Notes under the pieces: generated by a model
Databases searched by the model: none
Told to the model about the DNA's origin: nothing
Seen by the model: the letters and a program-made list of their open reading frames with translations, nothing else
Made by a program: the position numbers and the translations under genes
Part shown: piece by piece, positions 13,821 to 27,839 of the stretch
Numbering within the stretch: position 1 is the stretch's first letter
Layout: each line of letters starts with the position of its first letter
Source of the DNA: Octopus sinensis
Lineage: Eukaryota
Direction of reading: 5' to 3'
DNA: 64,000 nucleotides
Assembly: GCF_006345805.1 (NCBI RefSeq)
Contig: NC_043009.1
Location: 43,586,001 to 43,650,000 of the forward strand

Positions 13821-14084
13821 TTAGTTACACGCATCCCCACCCTACCCCCACCCATTGAGCGTGTAATCATCACTACGCGAATACTTGCTACATGTTGAGG
13901 GCGGGCAGCGGGGAACGGGCACTACAACCGCTACCACACTAACAATTACCACTCCCACTACCGCCACTACCACCACCACCACTATGACGACATACTATAA
14001 TCACTATCATTCTTGTATATTCGCTACTTCCACCGGCCATACAAACTGTAACAATGGCCACTCTCACCACCACCACTACCACCA

Positions 14085-14478
14085 CCACAATTACATAAAG
14101 GCAATATCCCACCCCCACCCACCCACCATAGCCATCACCACCACTGTAGTAACGACACTCCTACCTTTGCCACATCACCACCAGCACCACCACCATCACC
14201 ACCACCACCACTACCACAATTACATAAAGGCAATATCCCACCCCACCCCACCCACCATAGCCATCACCACCACCACTGTAGTAACGACACTCCTACCTTT
14301 GCCACTACATCACCATCAGCAGCACCACTGCACCACCACCACCACCACAATTACATAAAGGCAATATCCCACCCCCCCCCACCCACCATAGCCATCACCA
14401 CCACCACTGTAGTAACGACACTTCTACCTTTGCCACTACATCACCATCAGCAGCACCACTGCACTACCACCACCACCG
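14085..14478. repeat. About 130-bp CAC-rich minisatellite, 3 units
   Basis: ttacataaaggcaatatccc at 14091, 14220, 14351. Confidence 0.9.
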
Positions 14479-14967
14479 CTACCGCGGTAACAATGACGGG
14501 CCATGCATCCAGAATACAACAATGTAATTTTGTTCTTTAAAATAAATAAATAAATAAATAAATAAATAAAAAGGAAATATGCAAGTTTTTAAAAAAAAAT
14601 GCGCTGAATTTATTACTCTCACTCCCATCAAATAATGCTCTTTGTAGCCGTCACCACATGAACACACATGCATATATAATATTATATATATATATATATA
14701 TATTATATGTATGAATATATGTATAGTTGTAGGTATTGTATAATAATGTATACTGTGTTATAAGTAGTGCATTTTATAAGTGGTGTAAATATATATATAT
14801 ATATATATTATAATAAAGGAAATGAAGAAAATACTGACAAAATAATTTAAGTAAGGGAGAGTGTATTTAATTAGGTGAAAGTTCTTTTACGGTTGCGCAT
14901 TGTTATGCTTATCAAAAGATATTTTTTAAAGAGATATAGAGTTCCTTTCTGATAGATTTTTTTCTCT

Positions 14968-15000
<33 letters not shown>

Positions 15001-15205
15001 TCCAACGCCATGATAGATCGCTAGCCACTACACATTCTTTATTTTCTCTCCTTGTTTTCTTTCTGTGTTCTTTTCTGTGGAAGAGCGTAGGCTCGAAAAC
15101 GCTGAAAACTTTTTCACTTCCCGAACGTTATACTAATACATCTGTTTGTTTTTTACACCACCTGTCTTCGTCTTTTGTTTTTGTCTTTTTTTGTGAATTA
15201 TCCCT
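15001..15205 (+). mobile_element. (TA)n-flanked short repeat with hammerhead-like fold; second copy at 52130-52300 (minus)
   Basis: Shared GAAGAGCGTAGGCTCGAAA and tactaataca..tgtttg..ccacctg.cttcgtcttttgttt in both copies. Confidence 0.6.
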
Positions 15206-15580
15206 ATATATATATATATATATCTATATATATATATAGTTGTTATAAGTTGGTATAAGATACAAAGCACACGGTATTATGAATATGTATGTATGTGTCT
15301 GTGTATATATTATTGCACTAAACATGAATTCACGTCCATGCCTAAATGAAACACCAGCAGTCATGCATGCTTACGAAGACACATCACGTTACTTTTCTCG
15401 GTGAGTCGCTCGGTAATGGACACGGAGTGCTCGATACACTTAAAGTAGGGCTAAAATGTGTGCATGTGTCAGTGGTCGCATGTACATTAATATTAGAATA
15501 TGTATGTTCTGTTCTCGAGTATTATATATAAGGAGGGACTAAAAGGGCTGTTGACAGGAAAGGCATCGAGTGGAAAACGA

Positions 15581-15689
<109 letters not shown>

Positions 15690-17615
15690 TATGTGGTGGT
15701 GAAATTTGAAATGGAATATTGGAACATAGAATCGTTTAATGGAAAAGACTTTAAAGTCCTTGGACTTGAAACGTGCCAAAATTATACTCGTTCTTGTCTG
15801 CATGGCTGATGAGAGGATCTCCATGTTTATTAGTCCTTTGTTCTTTTCCGTTAAATTTTTCTATGTTCCATTTCTAGTTGCACTACTAGATTCACAACGC
15901 ACACACTATCGCCTATCACCAATACACACTCTCCCACACACACACATATGCATCTTTGTATATGTGTGGAGGAAGTGATACAGGTAGATGACTAGATGGA
16001 TAGATTTCTACTAAACCTTTTTGAGAGACGTAGCGGGTTAATTGTTAAGGAGGAACAGTAACCGAGTTAAAGTGCAATTCACCACGAAAGAGCTGGAACT
16101 GATAGACAAATCTGGCGAAATCTCTTTGATGTCTCGAAGAGAAAGTCTGCTTTCAGCAACCGTCGCAGACCATCTGTGAAGACATGGTGCAGTACCAACA
16201 GAAACAGATAATTACTGTAACTGTGACGGCGACAGGGACGACGATGGAAGATTAACGTCTTTCATAGGGCCACTGTTGTTGCTAAACTGACATTTTTCTT
16301 TGGGACTGCTGCGTTGTTTCAAGATGTGTATTTTGGATGGAACCGTGAAGGGTCGGGTGAGTGAAAAGAGGTATTCAAGGACACGAACGCAGATCTGCCT
16401 TGTTGGTTAGGCCGACAGATATTTTGAATGCTGGCTCCCCTGTAGTAACCCGCTTCCACCAAATTAGCATAAATGAGTACTGGTTAAGACGACAAGAGAG
16501 AAGGGAGCTCGACTCCATAAACAATCTATCCCTCCCTTTATTCAGCAGCACACTAAACAAGGCGAGGACCTGTTGTTACAAGGCACGGGGACACCGGGAC
16601 GTTACCCAGGCGTCCCACAGGTCTAGGGGCTCCGTTCTGATCTATGTATACTGTCACATGCTGTCAATAAATAAAAACTTTAGGGTCCAATGCATTAATG
16701 CTTCTGGGGTTCCTATAATGATGTTCAAACAGCCTTGACGGGGACAGGATCCATGCAAACCAGATTAAGGCGACGAACTTAACACAGTTGCAGGCTCGTC
16801 AACAGACAACTTCCAGAGATTTGTATCATGATAGCATCACCATCACCATTCGATGCACATGTGTGCCTGCAATAACGCATGCACGCACTCTCTGTCTGTC
16901 TGTTTGTCTTCTCTCTCCTCTCCCTCTCTCTCTCTCTTTTCTGTATCTCGGATATATACAATTCCATACATCTCCTTATGTACATAAACGCAGGATGACA
17001 GTCTTCGTAAGAGTGAGTTGCTTCTTGCTCTCTCATATATATATATATATATATATAATATATATTATTTATATATAATATATATATTATATAATATATA
17101 TATATATATATCTATATATATATACATATATACATAATATATATATTAATTACACACACGACGTGCATTCATCTAATTTATACCTATGCACGTTACTCAC
17201 ATATATAGACACAGAAGAATGGCACTACCATACGCAAATAGACGTGTGTGTGTGTGTGTGTGTGTTGTGTGTGCCTGTATACGCATATACGTAAATGTAT
17301 ACATACATACATACATACATACATACATACATACATACATAATACATACATACATACGGATAGATTGATAGATAGAAAGATACATGTATATAATTATACT
17401 GATGTGTATAATTACGTAGATTGTTTTTGCAATGAGAAATTATGTAAACCATGCCGCCACCACCACCACCACCACCACCACTACAACCACAACCCTAAAA
17501 CAAACAACAAACAGCAAAAGGAGATAAAAAAAAAGCAAGTAATAAAAAAAATAATAATAAAGACAAACTCCGAAAATAAAAACAAACCCAACGAACAAAC
17601 ACAAAAAAAACCCCC

Positions 17616-17655
<40 letters not shown>

Positions 17656-18000
17656 GTTAATAGTGAAAAGGAAAGAAAGGCGAAAGAAAACAAAAGAAAT
17701 GCCAAGTATTTTCTGTAGCCCAAGAAAAACCATCTCACAGATGAAAGACAATGCAAATAGGAGAAGCTGGGTAGATCAAGTCCTACTTCTGAAGAACTGC
17801 ACTATGTCAAACAGCATGAGGTGTATGCGCGCGCGCGTGTGTATGTGCGTGCGTACATACAATATATATATATATATATACATATATATAATATATATTA
17901 TATAATATATATATATATATATATACGTATGTACATATGTATGTCCAGCTCTCCAGAAAGTCATGCGTTGGCATTTTTTGGCTTGTTTTACACATATACA

Positions 18001-18037
<37 letters not shown>

Positions 18038-18277
18038 CACATATATATGCATACAGGCATACACCTACGAATAAGAGCACACAGACACAAACACACACAT
18101 ACACCTGTACACACGTACACACACACACACTCGCCATCTGCTGAAGTTTGTCTTTGTTTGTGTAACCATCCTTGAGATAATATGCAAAAATTCCTTCGGG
18201 GAGGAGCAGGGCTAAGAACCAACAACAAAAACAAGGAGAAGATAAAGAATAAAGAAAAGATGATGGCTTATTTTAAA

Positions 18278-18326
<49 letters not shown>

Positions 18327-18468
18327 ATGTTGTCAGTGGTAGTGATGGTGATGGTGCTGATAGTGATGTCGGGTGTATACAAGAGTGTAGAGGGTGTTGC
18401 GGGTGGAATCCGCGGCCATGAGGTGCAGACATAGATATAAGGTAACGGAATGACTAATCGAAATTTTG

Positions 18469-18519
<51 letters not shown>

Positions 18520-18656
18520 ATAGACAGAGACAGAGAGAGACAAATGGATGGATGGGTAGAGAGAGAGAAAGAAACAGACAGACACACGGACAAAGAGGCA
18601 GAGTATATAGGTATAAACAGAGGTGGATAGATAAATAGACAAAATCATAGACATGC

Positions 18657-18687
<31 letters not shown>

Positions 18688-19394
18688 CAGAGCAATAAAT
18701 ATAGGTAGGGTGACAAGTTGACAGATAGATATAAAAGTAAATAAAGATACTTTCCAATCATTTTTATATCCACTTTTTAAATCGCTTTCTCCTCCGTTCT
18801 CTGCAAATCCGACTGGTTAGAAATAGCAGCCAAATCTCTCATAGATCAGAAATCTCGCCGTCTTTTTATTATGATTTAGTCAGAGAGGGAAAGCCAGCAT
18901 CCCTGTGCTCTACAGGGAAAGCTTCCGAGAGTGGTGGTAGGGGCGGGCGGGCGGGCGGTACAACCAAATCAATATATTGTATTATCTTCAGAGTGGAGAA
19001 GATACACAAATGCTTGAAACACAGCAGAGTCTATCAAAGGTACCCAAAGGGCAGGTGGTTGGTTGGTTGGAGTTGAGTCGAGAGATGGTTTTAGTCTTGG
19101 AGGGACACATAAGTTAATGTAGTCCTTGATAAACTATGTTTGGATAAAAGATGGACTTATGAAGTGTAGAAAGAACATTTTTGAATCGTTATGGCTCTAT
19201 TTGATCAGGTTTGACCTGTGGTTAAACAACAACTAAAAACAACACCAAAGAGAAATAGAGAGAGAGAGAAGAAAAGAGAAAGGGGCAGAAATAGTGAGAG
19301 AGAAAGAGACACACAGACAGAGAAAAAGAGATTAAATGAGAAGATATTGGTAAAAATTCTTTAAATTCTCACTTCATTTAAGTTGTTGTTGTTG

Positions 19395-19443
<49 letters not shown>

Positions 19444-19887
19444 GAATATAATAATTATGTAAATATTTGAAGTCGATGAACATGAAAGCAAAAAGAAAAT
19501 AATAATAGTAAAGGGGGGAAAAATGGAAAAAACGCCGACATTTTGGAATTTGTCCAGTAGATGTCACTATAATCAATCAGCTAAATATCAGAGCCAATAG
19601 TTTAGATTTATTTATTTATTTATTTATTTAGCTGTTAACGACCTTTGGTAGTAAGAGTTAATCACGTGACTAGAAAATATGGATTCTTCAACTGGAAATC
19701 CATAGACATAGAAAAATAAAAAAAAGAAGGAAGAGGAAAAGACAGAACTCCATTACCGAACTTTTAAAACTGTTTTTTTTTTTCAAATATATTTTACGTA
19801 ATCTCTCTCACTCACTGCCTCTCCGTCTGCGTCTACCCGATTATCAATCCTTCGCTTTCTCAACAGACAGACAGACAGACAAATGTC

Positions 19888-20381
19888 TTCATCCCTTTAG
19901 AATATAAACCGGTCATGCCCAGCCCAAAGACTATACCTATTTTCTGTTCAAACTGGCCAAATCTGACCTGTCACACCTGCTCTACAATGTTATTCCTAAA
20001 ATAAACAATCACATCATCAATATCTCAAAGCTACAAGATAATGCATGATTAATTCAAAATAATGTGATTCAATGTGGAGGCGCGTGGCTTAGTGGTTAGC
20101 GTGTCAGCACCATGATCGTAAGATTGTGGTTTCGATTTCTGGACCGGGCGACACGTTGTGTTCTTGAGCAAAACACTTCACTTCACGTTGCTCCAGTCCA
20201 CTCAGCTGGCAAAAATAAGTAACGCTGCGATGGACTGGCGTCCCATCCAGCTGGGGAACACATACGCCATTGAAACCGGGAAACCGGGCCCATGAGCCTG
20301 GCTAGGCTTTAAAAGGGCACATTTAATGTGAATCAATAAGCAGTATATCTGACAGATTAATCTGAATGCTTAACCAGATAA
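19888..20381. mobile_element. Old MITE, possibly piggyBac-like, interrupted by the type D SINE
   Basis: Left end ttca-tccctttag, right end ctgaatgct-taa; sequence continues across the SINE TSD. Superfamily is inferred from degraded ends. Confidence 0.4.
20074..20324 (+). mobile_element. Full-length CORE-type SINE (type D) with 13-bp target site duplication
   Basis: tRNA head; GTGTTCTTGAGCAAAACACTTCAC..CTCAGCTGGCAAAAAT aligns to the MIR CORE; TSD aatgtgaWtcaat at 20061-20073 and 20325-20337. Confidence 0.85.
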
Positions 20382-20778
20382 GAACCAGATTCACAGATGA
20401 CATGACGCAAGAGGGAGTCAAGGAAAGAGCAGCCCCGTGATTCCTAAGGAAGGGAATGAAGGAGGAAGTCATCCTTAGATATGGCCCCTGAAACCTGGCC
20501 CCACTGCTTGTAACTAAGGGCTCTTAACTAATAGGTATTTAACTTTAGCAACAGACTAAGTCTACTATCCTATAACTTATAAAGACCAACAGAAGGGATT
20601 CCGTGGCAGCATTCACAGAGATTATTTCAAGGATATCATACAATGTCCGCGCCAATATCCAGTTCGACCCTGCCTTGGCTCAATTAGATATTCAATAAAA
20701 TATATAACGCTAGCATGGTTCATTATTGGAGCCCAAATGGATTGGAATGAAATTGATGATATAGAAACGTTTACCATC

Positions 20779-21001
20779 TACGAGGGCGGGGCTGAAAAGT
20801 TCCTAGCTTTGAGAGTGTCGCGAAAGGCCTGATTGGAGGCCCAACCGTCTGAGTTCTTTTACAGGGCTTAGAAAAACTAAAGGGTCACAGCAACAAGTGT
20901 GTGAATCTGAGAGGAGAATATGTTAAATAAAATCACTATTAACTGATCCTCCTGTACTTTCTTTTACCCAAACTCAGAGATTTTCCAGTATCTCTTCGCT
21001 A
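20779..21001 (+). mobile_element. Mariner-derived MITE keeping the transposase C-terminus
   Basis: TA-CGAGGG..GCTGAAAAGTTCC left end with degraded inverted right end; 20859-20930 reads LQGLEKLKGHSNKCVNLRGEYVK*, like mariner C-termini (GIxKLxxRWxKCVxxxGxYFE*). Confidence 0.75.
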
Positions 21002-21224
21002 AACAGTGCAAGATTTCTATCAGGTATTGATCTTCTCAAGAAGTGTACGCATTTATTTGGACTTCGATCTATACGTGGCAATGAGAAAAAGACATTTCCT
21101 CACAGTACCACGCGGATGATTGAACTCGGGACTGCATGACTGCGAAGTGAATTTTTTTTTTTAATTACACAACTAATTCTATCTACCACTTACAAAAGTA
21201 CGTGTCCTGATCTGTGAATCTAAG

Positions 21225-21259
<35 letters not shown>

Positions 21260-21612
21260 GTCATCATCCTCATGAACAAGACAGAGAAGATGCACATCTT
21301 CATTACCATTAGCTTGGTTGTTACTACGAACGATTGATGCGCGACCTGCTAAAAGTGGCAACAACATCTCACTCAAATTTCTCCCTGCTTTTTAACATCC
21401 GCCCCACCGAAAGAAGAAAAAAACCCGAAGACGCATAATAGTTAATATAAGTCGTAGATATAATAAAAAGAACTTTAAAAAAAAATCCCACGGTAAAGTC
21501 ATGGCTGGAATGCCTATGATCATTATAGGTCTTCTTGCTGGGAGTTGACTTGCAGATAAAGCAACAACGACGGTAACTGTTGCCGTTAATACAGCTATTC
21601 CTCCTCCCTACC

Positions 21613-21652
<40 letters not shown>

Positions 21653-22989
21653 ACTACTACTACTACTACTACTACTGCTGCTGCTGCTTCTGCTAGCATA
21701 CCGCCACCGACAACACTAAAGGTCCAGAACCACAATTAATATTACCATCACTTCCACCCCCGCAATAACAGCCACCACCACCACCACCACCACCACCACC
21801 ACTACTACTACCACTACTACTACTACTCATGGTTCTATTATTTGTTTGGTTCCTTATATTTTCTCCGTTTATTGTCGAAGGACTAAAGAGTGGCGGGGGT
21901 GGGAAGGGAGTGAGGTCGGGGTAGACTAGCAGGTATTTTATTTTCTACCCGTTTCTATTCAATACCAGTTCATTGTTACGTAATTTCATTGGCTCGGTTA
22001 CCACTACCATCACCACCACCACGACTGTCATCATCATCATCAACATCCTCATCATCACTACCACCACCACCACCATTCATTATCGCTGCTAACACCCCAC
22101 CCATTACCATTATCCTCACAGCCACTTCAGCCACCCTACTACTATCCACCTTTTCTTAGTCACCATCATCACCATTATCAGTGATTACCACTGCCAATAC
22201 AACACCAGTATCATTATCCTCATCATTACTTCAAACACCCTACCACCATTGTCATCATCATCATTACTATATTCTCACCACCATCGCTGCTGCTGCCGCT
22301 ACTACTACCGCTGCTGTTGCTGCCTCCACCACTATCACCACTACATGCATTATTATAATCATCATTAACGCCACTACCGTGGTGATGATGATGCCGACGA
22401 TGATGATGAAGATGATGATGATAACGACGACGATCGCTCCCGTTGCCATCATCACCACCCACCCCACCCCTTCACTTTGTTCCTATTTATGAAGGCTCAA
22501 TACAATGAATGGATCTTGTCAAGCTCACCAACCAACCCACCCAACCAGCTACACAAAATCAATACACTTTCAAATCAGTCCAGATCCAGGAAATTTCGAG
22601 GTTTCTTTTTTTCATTTTTAGTATTTTCCCTGGGATCCAATAAATAAATGACTAAATAAATAAATAATGAAAAAGCTCTCCCACCCTCGCTCCGCTGAAA
22701 ACAATTAAAAAAACGCAATGCTTCTTTGTTGAAATATAGAAAGCGTGGGTTGGACAGGTTTGTCCTCATTGGGAATAAAAACTAAGGAACCACCATGAAC
22801 ATCATAACTTCTCTCCACCTCTACTTTTCGTCCTGCTTTTGAGTGAGGTTTGGTGTTGTTGTCACTGATGGAGTTGTGCTCTTCAAGGAGTACTTAGTAA
22901 TTTATGTTTACAAGGGAGTACTAACTAAAAACAATGAAAATATTTGAGGAGGGTATCCCTAAAAAAAAAAATAGGCGAAGTTTGTTTCT

Positions 22990-23130
22990 TAACTATGTGG
23001 TTTCGAGTGTGGCACTACAGCGTGGCACCTAGAGCAAGCACCTTCTACTATTCGTCTGGTCCGACTACAGCTTTGTGATTTGGTAGACGGAAACTGAGAG
23101 AAGCCCGCCAGACATATGTATTGATATATA
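22990..23130 (+). mobile_element. SINE type A 5' half
   Basis: gtggcacctagagcaag..ttggtagacggaaactgagagaagccc. Confidence 0.65.
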
Positions 23131-23140
23131 CGTGTGTTAA

Positions 23141-23352
23141 GGCGGTGAGCTGGCAGAACGGTTAGCACACCAGGCAAAATGCTTAGCAGCTTTTCGTCCG
23201 TCTTTAGGTTCTGAGTTTATATTCCGCTGCGGTCGACTTTGCCTTTCATTCTTTCGTGGTCGACAAAGTAAGTACCAGTTGAATACTGGGGTCGATGTAA
23301 TCGACTTACTTCTTATCCCGAAATTTCTGGCCTTGTGTCAAAATTTGAAGCC
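23141..23352 (+). mobile_element. SINE type B, about 200 nt beyond the SoxD donor site
   Basis: Complete head, body and aaatttctggccttgtg tail. Confidence 0.8.
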
Positions 23353-23557
23353 AATATATGTATATATGTGTGTGTCTTGCGTCAAAGAACATATCTAGAA
23401 ATAACTGAGGTTTGGCGACAGGAAGAGCATCTGGCTGTGGAAAACTCTGCCTCACCAAATTCCTTCCGATCAATGCGTGCAAAACGATGGTGGAGTAACA
23501 GAAGGGGGAAAAAATAAAAGAAAAATGGAGGATAAAAAAAAGGACGGGAATTCTTAC

Positions 23558-24112
23558 CCTGGTATTGTCGCCTTGTTTTTTCAAGCTTTCGTTCATTTTC
23601 TGGAGTTGCGAAATCATATCAACGATTTTCTTTGATTTATCTTGTATGGACCCTTTTCCTCGGAGTAAAGCACTGACATTCTCCAGCACTCCTCCCTCTT
23701 GGTCAGCGCTTCCGAGCGGACTTGTTCGCTCAATGTCAGAATTTTGAACTCCAGGAGATTTGGAGTTGAGTCTTTGCAATACGCTTTCCATGGATTTTCG
23801 ATGCAGCCCAGCGTTGGGTTTTGTTGTGACGTTATGTTGAAGTTCAGTTTCGGGCTCGGATTCCGAGTCGTGTCTTATACTTTGAAGAATTCGTTGCTTC
23901 TTGTTTGGCGGCTTGTCCGAACCGCTGTCGGAATCATGAAAATCTTCACTACTATCAGATTTTGAGAGAAAACGTGCCGAATAGTTTATTTCAGTTTCGC
24001 CTTCGCTGTCTAAATTGCTGTTATCACATTCGGATGTGTCAGAATGTAACCGCTCAAGTATTATGTTATCCTTATAGAGCTTGGTGGGTGTATTTTTGCG
24101 TTTAGAAGACAT
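23558..24112 (-). CDS. SoxD: Coding exon of a probable SoxD (Sox5/Sox6-like) transcription factor; N-terminus and start of coiled coil, 185 codons
   Basis: Only long non-repetitive ORF. Pyrimidine-rich acceptor tttttgtcttttacag|GATT-ATG (exon starts 24116). Donor AGG|GTAAGA after 23558, phase 0. HRKSMESVLQRL and GKGSIQDKSKKIVDMISQLQKMNESL resemble, from memory, SOX6 RRKGSLADVVDTL and [27 protein letters not shown]; MSSK start also matches. HMG box not in window, so identity rests on recalled similarity. Confidence 0.7.
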
Positions 24113-24481
24113 AATCCTGTAAAAGACAAAAACAGAGAAAAATGAAATGGTGAGTTTAACAAAACTTTGAAATAATAACAGAAATATTATACATGAATTA
24201 TTATTGTTGTTGAACAAGCAGCATCACCCATTATCTTTCGTTTGCTAAATATCAGTGATATAGTGAATGCAGATATGCATGAATGAACAATCGCTCAAGT
24301 AGGGAAAAAACCTATTCCTTGGAGAGAAACTTCCCAAATACTGACTGATCCGTAACCTTCGGAGACACTCGGAGATTCCGAATATTCAGCGCCAGATCGA
24401 CCCTGATCAGATACGTATGGTCTCAGCCACCCTTCCTTATTTCCAGGTGTTCAGTATTTACCCAGGTCAGAGGGCCAGGGG

Positions 24482-24527
<46 letters not shown>

Positions 24528-24759
24528 TGTGTGTGTGTATGTGTATTCAGGACTACATAAGCTTATTCAATGTGTCCTTGCTCAAATATGATCTGAGGGT
24601 TTTTTTTTTTTGCTGTTTTTATTTCTAGCAGGTTGGACAACCACTTAGAGCCTCTCACCTACTTGGTGGTTCGTACATGGATAATCAAAGTGAATAACAG
24701 TTATAATAATTATTCTAACGATTTCGTCATTAGTCGTAAAGTTAATCGTAAAAATTAAG

Positions 24760-24845
24760 GCCGACTTCGGGGGAATTTGAACTCAGAACATAGCGACGGA
24801 CGAAATATCGCCAAGCATTTTGCCCGGCATGCTAATGATCCTGCC

Positions 24846-24879
<34 letters not shown>

Positions 24880-25000
24880 TAATAATAATGGTTTGAAATT
24901 TGCCACAAGGACAGTAATTTTATCGACCCCGAAAAGATGAAAAGCAAACTCGACCGCGTTGGTATTTGAACTCAGAACGTAATGCTAAGGATTTCGCTCA
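24760..25000 (-). mobile_element. Two SINE type B fragments upstream of the SoxD acceptor
   Basis: 24760-24850 is the reverse complement of the head; 24893-25000 the reverse complement of body and tail; (AAT)n between. Confidence 0.7.
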
Positions 25001-25245
25001 ATAATAATATTTGCCGCCGTCGTCGTCGTCGTCATTATCGTTATTACAATATGATAATGTTAATGTTAATAGTTCGGTATGCACCAGGATTAACTAAATT
25101 CGCGTAGTTTATGGCTAGGAACTGAAATGCTTGGCATCACAGACTGAAGACAATCAACCGTGTCTTATTGCTTTTGTCAATGAGATGAAGTTAAAAAAAC
25201 AAACAAAGCAGAAATGGATAACACCAATGAAATAACTTTAAAACA

Positions 25246-25301
<56 letters not shown>

Positions 25302-25936
25302 GCACGCACACGCACACACGGGCGCGTACACATTCACATGTACGTACGTGCACACAAGCACATCTGAATCGCTATACGTTGTACAAATATATACATGAAG
25401 GAAAGAAAATGGGTTGGCGGTAAAAAAAAAAAAAAAAATTAAACCCCAAATAATATTTTATATTAAGAGGAAAGAAAAAGTAGGAGAAAAAATGGTAAGT
25501 CTGATACAGAACTCAATCATGAGAACACGGACATAAGTGAGTGGTAAATAGAGAATGAGATGGGGTGGATTTACCCGGTAGGGAAAAACATGATTGGTCG
25601 TTGAAATAGATACACATATTAATTGAACGATCATCAAGATCGTTCCTACCCCGGAGGGTTGTTACGATCGAGGCACGGTGCCTGCTTTTGAGATTAACTT
25701 CCAGTGGTGACGTCTCAGAAGACCAGACAATAGTACCATTCCAACTATCTGTCACGGTAGCTTACTACTCTAATATATACGATATGCAAAATTAACGTTG
25801 TGGCGTTGCTTCATCGCCACTGATTCTTAAATATTGCAGCATAACAAGACTGAAAATAGTTTGCAATTACTGCCCCCCCCTCCACCATCTGCTCCTATCG
25901 TCACCTCTACATGACGAAAGTAAAAAGTAATAGGAG

Positions 25937-26105
25937 CCAGGGCCGTCTTAAAGCGGTATGGGCCTCCAGGAAAATCTATGTACTGGACTCTTTAGTATAT
26001 ATTTACTGACTGCAAAGCCACAGCATACATACATCGGAATTGAATCCCTAGACTTGTGAGGCCCTCGGACAACTGCCCGCTGTGTCCATGCCTTAAGTGG
26101 GATCT
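25937..26105. mobile_element. Possible Harbinger-like MITE relic
   Basis: Left end cagggccgtcttaa; right end only partly recognisable (ccttaagtggg). Confidence 0.3.
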
Positions 26106-26964
26106 CATAGGAGTAGAGGTGATGCAAAAACAAGTAATGGTTTTAAAAGTTTCGCATGCGCATGCACACACAAGCGTAGATGCGCAAACGTGTTTGTACA
26201 CCTGTAAATGTCAGCATGTGCGTGCATGTTTCTTTTTGGGGTATATGTGATTATTATTAGATACCCACAAGTTTCATAAGGCTCGTCTTAAATCATCTCA
26301 ACAAGGCATTTATTCACCGAGAATACTCTATACTTAGAAATAAGTCGGGCCTATGACCAATGTCTACGTAAAATAAATCAATAATAAATAAAAAGAAATG
26401 AATCTCGTATATACCCATACATTTACCTGAGGATATGTGTATAGGAATTCCTATATATATATATGAAATCCTATACTTGAAAGTTATGTGTGTGTGTGTG
26501 TGTGTATTGGACTCATTATGCACGACTATTTGCATAATATGTATTACAACATTAACCAGTTGCTTTAAAGAATCTTCGAAACGGCTGTAAAAAAACTTAT
26601 CTCGATCTTATGATATGAATATGCATATGTGACATCTCATATAAACGAATTACGGCAATCTCTAACTGTTTGTCTATCTTCCGTCTCTTCCTATACATAT
26701 ATATATATATTTTATATATACATATATATATTATATGTATGATATGTATGCATGTATGTGTGTGCAGGAGGTGTATAAAGGTGTAAAGAGACAAAAGATG
26801 GACAAACAAGATTTTATTTCGCTATTTTCATATTTTGGTAAAATAATGCATTGAAATATTTGTAACATTCTCTGAAAAGTCTGACACAATATTCTACGCC
26901 ACTTACTTCTTCCTTCCCCCCCTTCCCCCTCTTCTATTTTCATTCGTTCATTTACCTTATTTCA

Positions 26965-26998
<34 letters not shown>

Positions 26999-27693
26999 GC
27001 TTGGTCATTGACTCTCATCGTTTTACGTGCTTCCAAACATTCTCTGATTTGCATATTAAACGTTATGCCTCATGTAGACCGATGCACGGTAACATCCGGT
27101 TGGAGTGAGGTGGGGGGGGGCGGTTGTGGACGATTGGGTGGATGGGTGAATGGGGATGGAGAGAAGGGATAAACGTAACAAAAACAAAACAAACACAAAT
27201 ACAAACTTAAAAAAAAACCCAAATACTCAAAAAAATTTTTATATAACGTAAAGAAAAAAACCCCAACCAAGATTACTATTTATTTATTTTTTTGGCGGGG
27301 GTGTATTACAGGTTCTCATCACTCGACACCCCCTTCTTCCACCACCACCAAATTGCTACCCACCATTAACTCGCAGTCATGATATGGCCCTATACACAGC
27401 AACCATGTTGCCATAACTACGATCACTTTTTAATTCATCTCTCCCTCCCTCCCTCCGTCCTCCTCCTCCCCTCGCACCCACGAAATAAAACAAACCTAAA
27501 ATAAAACCCACCACCACCACCACCACAACCACCGCCACCGCCGACAACAATGAAACTGCAATCATTTTATTGTTATTGTGTTAGTTGTTTTGTTACTTTG
27601 TTGATGTCCTTTTCGCTATCCATAATACTGTCGATGTGTTTGTTGCAATTATTATAGCCACACCATCATCATCTTCATTATTATTATTATTAT

Positions 27694-27752
<59 letters not shown>

Positions 27753-27839
27753 TTATTATTACTATTGTTATTATTCTTGCGCCAACCTTGATTTCGAGGA
27801 GCCTTTTTGCTATTTTGTCTACCTATATATATATATTCT

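Noticed and set aside
17705-17830. Possible plus-strand exon (SPRKTISQMKDNANRRSW...)
   Set aside because: Weak donor, no recognisable protein, no partner exons.
18941-18958. Four overlapping GGGCGG boxes
   Set aside because: Equally explained as a (GGGC)n repeat; no other promoter evidence.
23306-23557. ORF extension beyond the SoxD donor, and the 35 codons before the ATG
   Set aside because: Read-through into intron, polypyrimidine tract and SINE; splice signals delimit the real exon.
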